DNA of 54,482 nt from contig JALWZT010000212.1 of the NCBI GenBank assembly GCA_027002405.1, positions 1 to 54,482 of the forward strand. The letters are read 5' to 3'. The stretch is from Anaerolineae bacterium (lineage in GTDB: Bacteria; Chloroflexota; Anaerolineae; J102). Made by a program: the position numbers and the translations under genes. Below are positions 51,152 through 54,482 of the stretch, piece after piece. The notes below the pieces were generated by a model. The model did no database searches. It was not told where the DNA came from and saw nothing but the letters and a program-made list of their open reading frames with translations. Numbering within the stretch: the stretch's first letter is position 1; the number at the start of each line of letters is the position of its first letter.

Positions 51152-51426
51152 ATCATCTACAATGAAATGTGCATTGGGGCGCCTTGCATCACACTTGCCA
51201 ATGGGTTGCTTATCGCATTCTACCATACTTTTCCACCACACAAAAACCATCCTTGCACACCACTCACAGGAAGCATCTTGTCTCTCTGTCCATTCACAAG
51301 CGCCCTATCCGAAAAGGCGCGCTAACGACTGGCGTCAGGGGCGGGCGGCGTGTCCCTGCTTCCGTCCGAGGCCCGAGCCGCCGCCATATCCGAAATCGCG
51401 GGCTAGAACCGCGGGCGGGAGCCCGT

Positions 51427-51575
51427 CCAGACCTTGAAGCGTCTCCCAGACCTTCAAGGTCTCCCACGCCCGCCCGACACGAGCAGCCTGAGGCCAACGG
51501 GCCGACGCCGGGCCTGTACTTCCACGGCATTCTACCACGCTGCGGACCAACGCACCACCGCCCGCCGGGCCTGCG
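51427..51575. repeat. GC-rich TA-island repeat, copy B1 (X then Y segment)
   Basis: ccagaccttgaagcgtctcccagaccttcaaggtctcccacgcccgcccgacacgagcagcctgaggccaacgggccgacgcc ... attctaccacgctgcggaccaacgcaccaccgcccgccgggcc. Confidence 0.7.
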
Positions 51576-51756
51576 TCCATGTCCTCTTTGCGCCCTTGGC
51601 GACTTTGCGTGCGTTCTTCGTGCGGCCCGCCCTGGAGGGCCCGAGGCTGAACCCTCGGGCTACGCGTACAAAGCCCCTGCGGGGCTCCCAGGGCCAGCCC
51701 GGAGGGCTTCGCATTTGTAGCTCGGAGGTTGTGCTCCGAGCTTCCAGTCGGCGGGC

Positions 51757-51794
51757 TCCCGACACGAACAACCCGCGGCCACGGGCCGACGCTT
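51757..51794. repeat. GC-rich TA-island repeat, partial copy B2 (X segment 3' half)
   Basis: cccgacacgaacaacccgcggccacgggccgacgc closely matches 50329-50363. Confidence 0.65.
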
Positions 51795-52099
51795 AGTAAC
51801 CGTCTAAAAATTAGTTTCCGTTTTTGTGCTCATCGACTGAAGTCGAACACTTAAGGCCTACGGCCAGACCCCCTCTTCATCTCCCCCGCAAGCGGGGGAG
51901 AACAGCGGAAGGGGATCAGATGACGGCCTCCGCCGTCCAAAACGGCGACAAAAGGGGTCGCCGAAGGGCGACCATTGGCGCGAAGCGCCTCCATAGGCAC
52001 GAGTTTACTCGGCAAGTGTTGCGGCAAAAAAGGGAAGTTATTTCTGGACGATCACTTAGGGTTGTGAGGCCCCCGCCGACCGCAATTGGGCGGCCCTCG

Positions 52100-52408
52100 T
52101 TATTCCAATTCTTCCAGCAATCGTTCCAAATCGCCGTAATCGTATGGCGGACGCTTGCGCACAGCCAGCACATCGACGTACAACTCCGTTTCTGTAATCG
52201 CATAAACGATCCGCCATCGCTCTATCCGCAGCCGTCTCAACTCCACACCTGTCTCCGGCAACCCTGATGTGTCCAATTCTATGCTTCTCGGCGGCCGCGG
52301 ATTGTTTCCCAACCCATCTATTGCTCGTTTTACCCGCTGACGCACATTCCCCGGCAATCGCTTGATCTCCTTCCACGCTTGCGGAAGAACATAAACCTTG
52401 TATTTCAC
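52100..52408 (-). CDS. RelE/ParE-family toxin
   Basis: The GTG start at 52408 overlaps the antitoxin stop (GTGA). VKYKVYVLPQAWKEIKRLPGNVRQRVKRAIDGLGNNPRPPRSIEL...LRRLRIERWRIVYAITETELYVDVLAVRKRPPYDY. Confidence 0.8.
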   Translation of the reverse strand: MKYKVYVLPQAWKEIKRLPGNVRQRVKRAIDGLGNNPRPPRSIELDTSGLPETGVELRRLRIERWRIVYAITETELYVDVLAVRKRPPYDYGDLERLLEELE

Positions 52409-52629
52409 TCCAACTCTCCCCTGATTTCTTCCCACCGCAGCCATCCTGCCTTTTCTCGATCTCCATCTGCTTTCCGAAGCACCGCAAGCGCCTGCCTGGC
52501 GATGTCCAGATCTTCCAGTGTCTCCAACCACTCAATCAACGTCTCCCAATCTTCCGCATCAAGAACTGCGAAACGTTTACCTTTGACCGTCACATATTGG
52601 ACGGATTGCAGGGCTTCTAGTGCTGGCAT
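52405..52629 (-). CDS. antitoxin of the RelE/ParE pair
   Basis: 74 aa: MPALEALQSVQYVTVKGKRFAVLDAEDWETLIEWLETLEDLDIARQAL. It has a Phd/YefM-like or RelB-like layout. Confidence 0.7.
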   Translation of the reverse strand: MPALEALQSVQYVTVKGKRFAVLDAEDWETLIEWLETLEDLDIARQALAVLRKADGDREKAGWLRWEEIRGELE

Positions 52630-52761
52630 TTTATTTTCTCCAGACTACGGAATCTTCCTGTATCAGGGTCTCAGTTTACATTATCACGGGGCAAAATGCA
52701 AGCCCCCTATGCAAGCCATGGCTCCCTGAAATCCCTTCTATCGGCCATTTCATTACGCTAA

Positions 52762-52793
<32 letters not shown>

Positions 52794-52864
52794 CGCCTGG
52801 ACGCCGCTGTTAGCTATGCCGGGGTGAAAAGACAACGGTGGCCAGCAGGGCCAACGCCCGCTCC

Positions 52865-52900
52865 TGACCTTGAAGCGTCTCCCAGACCTTCAAGGTCTCG
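52865..52900. repeat. GC-rich TA-island repeat, partial copy C (X segment 5' half)
   Basis: tgaccttgaagcgtctcccagaccttcaaggtctc is nearly identical to 51429-51463. Confidence 0.65.
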
Positions 52901-52977
52901 GTCTGCAGCCTGCCCCCCGAGAGGACGCCTATGCCTGTCCTGAGCGCAGCCGAAGGAACAAAGGCTCATCGTACGAA

Positions 52978-54356
52978 GCTGGCTCTGACGGATTATGTGG
53001 ATCGAGGCAAAATGAGGCAAAATTGGCAGAAAATCACCAGGACCAAACCAGGAGGACTGCCAGTCATGCCTCAACGAAATCATAGCACAGAACGCCATCA
53101 GGTCATGAAAATCAATAAGCGGGTTATTTTGCCTATCCCTTTGGATGAATACAAGCAGCTCATCTCAGATAGCAAGCGTTTCCGAGAGAAACTGGATGAT
53201 ATGATAGCGAGCCACCCCGAGTTGTTTCCGGAATGCATCACGGGGGGCTATGTACTCCATGACATCTTGCCTGCATCCACCAAAATGCCGGAGGTGCGCT
53301 TCCGTCGCATCAAGTTGAAGGAGAAGGATGCGGAAGGCAACAACATCATTCTCACCATTGCATCCAGTGATGTGATCCCTTACATGAGAGGCTTGACTGA
53401 TGAGGTGGAGAAAGCTTTATTTCTCCGTCGATTCGGCGTGCCTTTCTGGGCCCTGGCACATGTGTTTGGTCGAGATGAAAACTATTGGTATCGTCTGGTC
53501 GGCAGCCTAGGACGTTACAGCATCGTGGGCACGACCATCAAAGATAAGGAGAAGCTACCTGAGCATCTCCTGGCCGATGAGAAGCATACAGGACTCAATG
53601 GCGAAAAAGTTTATATCGCCACCACCGTCGGTGAGGATTGCGTTCTCGGCGCTTCGTTGGCTTTGAATGCTGATGAGGAGACCTTGACTACGGCTTATGG
53701 TGTTTTCCAGGCCGAGACCAAGCCGTTACAAGCAGATTATCAGCCTAAAACTGTCAATACAGATGGGTGGGCCGCCACGCAGAAGGCGTGGCGCAACCTC
53801 TTTCCCATGATTGTTATCATTCATTGCTTCTTGCATGCCTTTTTGAAAATCCGCAATCGCACCAAGCGATTCAAAGAGCTCTATCCTCAAATCGTCCAAC
53901 AGGTTTGGGCCATCTACCATGCCGAAACGCCGGATTTATTCCGCCAGCGAGCGACCGACTTCTGGACTTGGTCCCAACAACACCTGACGGGAGATGCTTT
54001 GGCTGCGGTGCAAAAGCTCTATGCCAAAACAGACCTCTTCCTCCTGGCCTTTGATTTCCCTGACGCCTATCGCACGAGTAACATGATCGATCGTCATATG
54101 GAACCGATGGCTCGCTGGGTTGCCAGCACGCGATTCTTTCATGGCCATTGGGCCGCAGCCGAGTTACAGATCCGCGCATGGGCCATCCTCCATAACTTCG
54201 GCCCTTATTCTCCGCGAGCACGACGCCAGCAGGAAGCATCTTCGCCTGCTCACAAACTCAATGGCTTTGTCTATCATGAAAATTGGCTACATAACCTCCT
54301 CATTTCGACTTCCTGTGCAGGGATGACCCCCCTCCACAGAATCCGTCAGAACTAGC
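52978..54356 (+). mobile_element. insertion sequence (1379 bp) with 24-bp imperfect terminal inverted repeats
   Basis: IRL is gctggctctgacggattatgtgga (52978-53001). The reverse complement of IRR (54333-54356) is gctagttctgacggattctgtgga, matching at 21 of 24 positions. The transposase stop lies inside IRR. No clear target-site duplication was seen. Confidence 0.7.
53012..54355 (+). CDS. DDE-type transposase (motif order resembles the IS66/ISKra4-like groups; family not confirmed)
   Basis: Start at the first ATG inside IRL (53012, SD GAGG); alternatives are 53066 and 53105. Candidate catalytic positions are LLADEKHT, VNTDGWAATQKAW and RTSNMIDRHME, with HCFLHAFLKIRNR between them. Confidence 0.6.
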   Translation: MRQNWQKITRTKPGGLPVMPQRNHSTERHQVMKINKRVILPIPLDEYKQLISDSKRFREKLDDMIASHPELFPECITGGYVLHDILPASTKMPEVRFRRIKLKEKDAEGNNIILTIASSDVIPYMRGLTDEVEKALFLRRFGVPFWALAHVFGRDENYWYRLVGSLGRYSIVGTTIKDKEKLPEHLLADEKHTGLNGEKVYIATTVGEDCVLGASLALNADEETLTTAYGVFQAETKPLQADYQPKTVNTDGWAATQKAWRNLFPMIVIIHCFLHAFLKIRNRTKRFKELYPQIVQQVWAIYHAETPDLFRQRATDFWTWSQQHLTGDALAAVQKLYAKTDLFLLAFDFPDAYRTSNMIDRHMEPMARWVASTRFFHGHWAAAELQIRAWAILHNFGPYSPRARRQQEASSPAHKLNGFVYHENWLHNLLISTSCAGMTPLHRIRQN

Positions 54357-54482
54357 AAGGTTCCATGCCGCTTGTACTCGAACTCGCGCAATTCCACCTG
54401 GCCGGGTTTGAGAGGACGTGTCGGGTGCTTTCGTTCCAGGGCCTGGATACCCGTTTTTTCGTCCATACTGACCAGGTGAGTG
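54357..54482 (-). pseudogene. IS630-family (DDE_3) transposase fragment, cut off at the IS junction and at the window edge
   Basis: The minus strand reads THLVSMDEKTGIQALERKHPTRPLKPGQVELREFEYKRHGTL. This is the DEK-x-IQAL-x-R ... RHGT region typical of IS630-family transposases. The reading frame ends where IRR of the neighbouring IS begins. Confidence 0.6.

Noticed and set aside
51169-51796. ORFs 51169..51720 (183 aa) and 51434..51796 (120 aa) in the PIN-RelE gap.
   Set aside because: Their translations are Arg/Pro/Ala-rich and run through the X/Y repeats and hairpins. There is no SD or family similarity. I treat the region as non-coding.
52931-53011. Transposase start at 52931 as given in the ORF track.
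   Set aside because: That start lies outside the left inverted repeat (52978-53001), in sequence shared with other repeats (gtcctgagcgcagccgaagg also occurs at 26846-26865). The first ATG inside the IS (53012) has a GAGG SD.

Overview
This is a 54.5-kb chromosomal window, GC-rich (roughly 58-60% by eye) and densely coding on both strands. The protein set suggests a Chloroflexota-like bacterium, by inference only: several giant GT-C/DUF2723-type membrane glycosyltransferases, futalosine-pathway menaquinone genes, a fused E1 alpha/beta dehydrogenase, and an EndoQ-like PHP domain fused to a UvrD helicase. I call about 50 protein-coding genes. Housekeeping genes include a uppP fragment, a ParA-type ATPase, comF, holB-ricT, rpoD, glgP, maf, ybaK, tatA, aroD and a DsbB/BdbC-family gene. 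Envelope and glycan genes include an O-antigen-ligase-like protein, a hexapeptide acyltransferase, four GT-C membrane proteins and one GT4. Transport genes include a solute-binding protein and an ArsB/NhaD-type permease with a P-II/CBS partner. There are two accessory patches of toxin-antitoxin-like modules. The first (23.5-25.3 kb) holds a retropepsin-like pair and a three-gene MNT/HEPN operon. The second (49.6-54.5 kb) holds a decayed VapBC, a PIN pair, a RelE/ParE pair, a 1.38-kb IS with 24-bp inverted repeats, and an IS630-like fragment. I recognised no rRNA, tRNA or CRISPR array. The most unusual signal is non-coding. At least 11 composite intergenic loci plus 5-6 long-hairpin elements (about 3.4 kb, ~6% of the window) are built from a shared set of tandem 6-, 7- and 11-nt units. 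These form long imperfect palindromes joined by conserved linkers, and a conserved terminus abuts start codons. Three other items merit follow-up: a DnaA-box cluster in a 445-bp gene-free gap between convergent genes; a DsbB-family gene whose catalytic CxxC lies upstream of the first canonical start codon (probable AUU start); and an ~850-bp GC-rich, hairpin-dense gap inside the TA island. All family assignments come from reading motifs and from recall; no database search was run.
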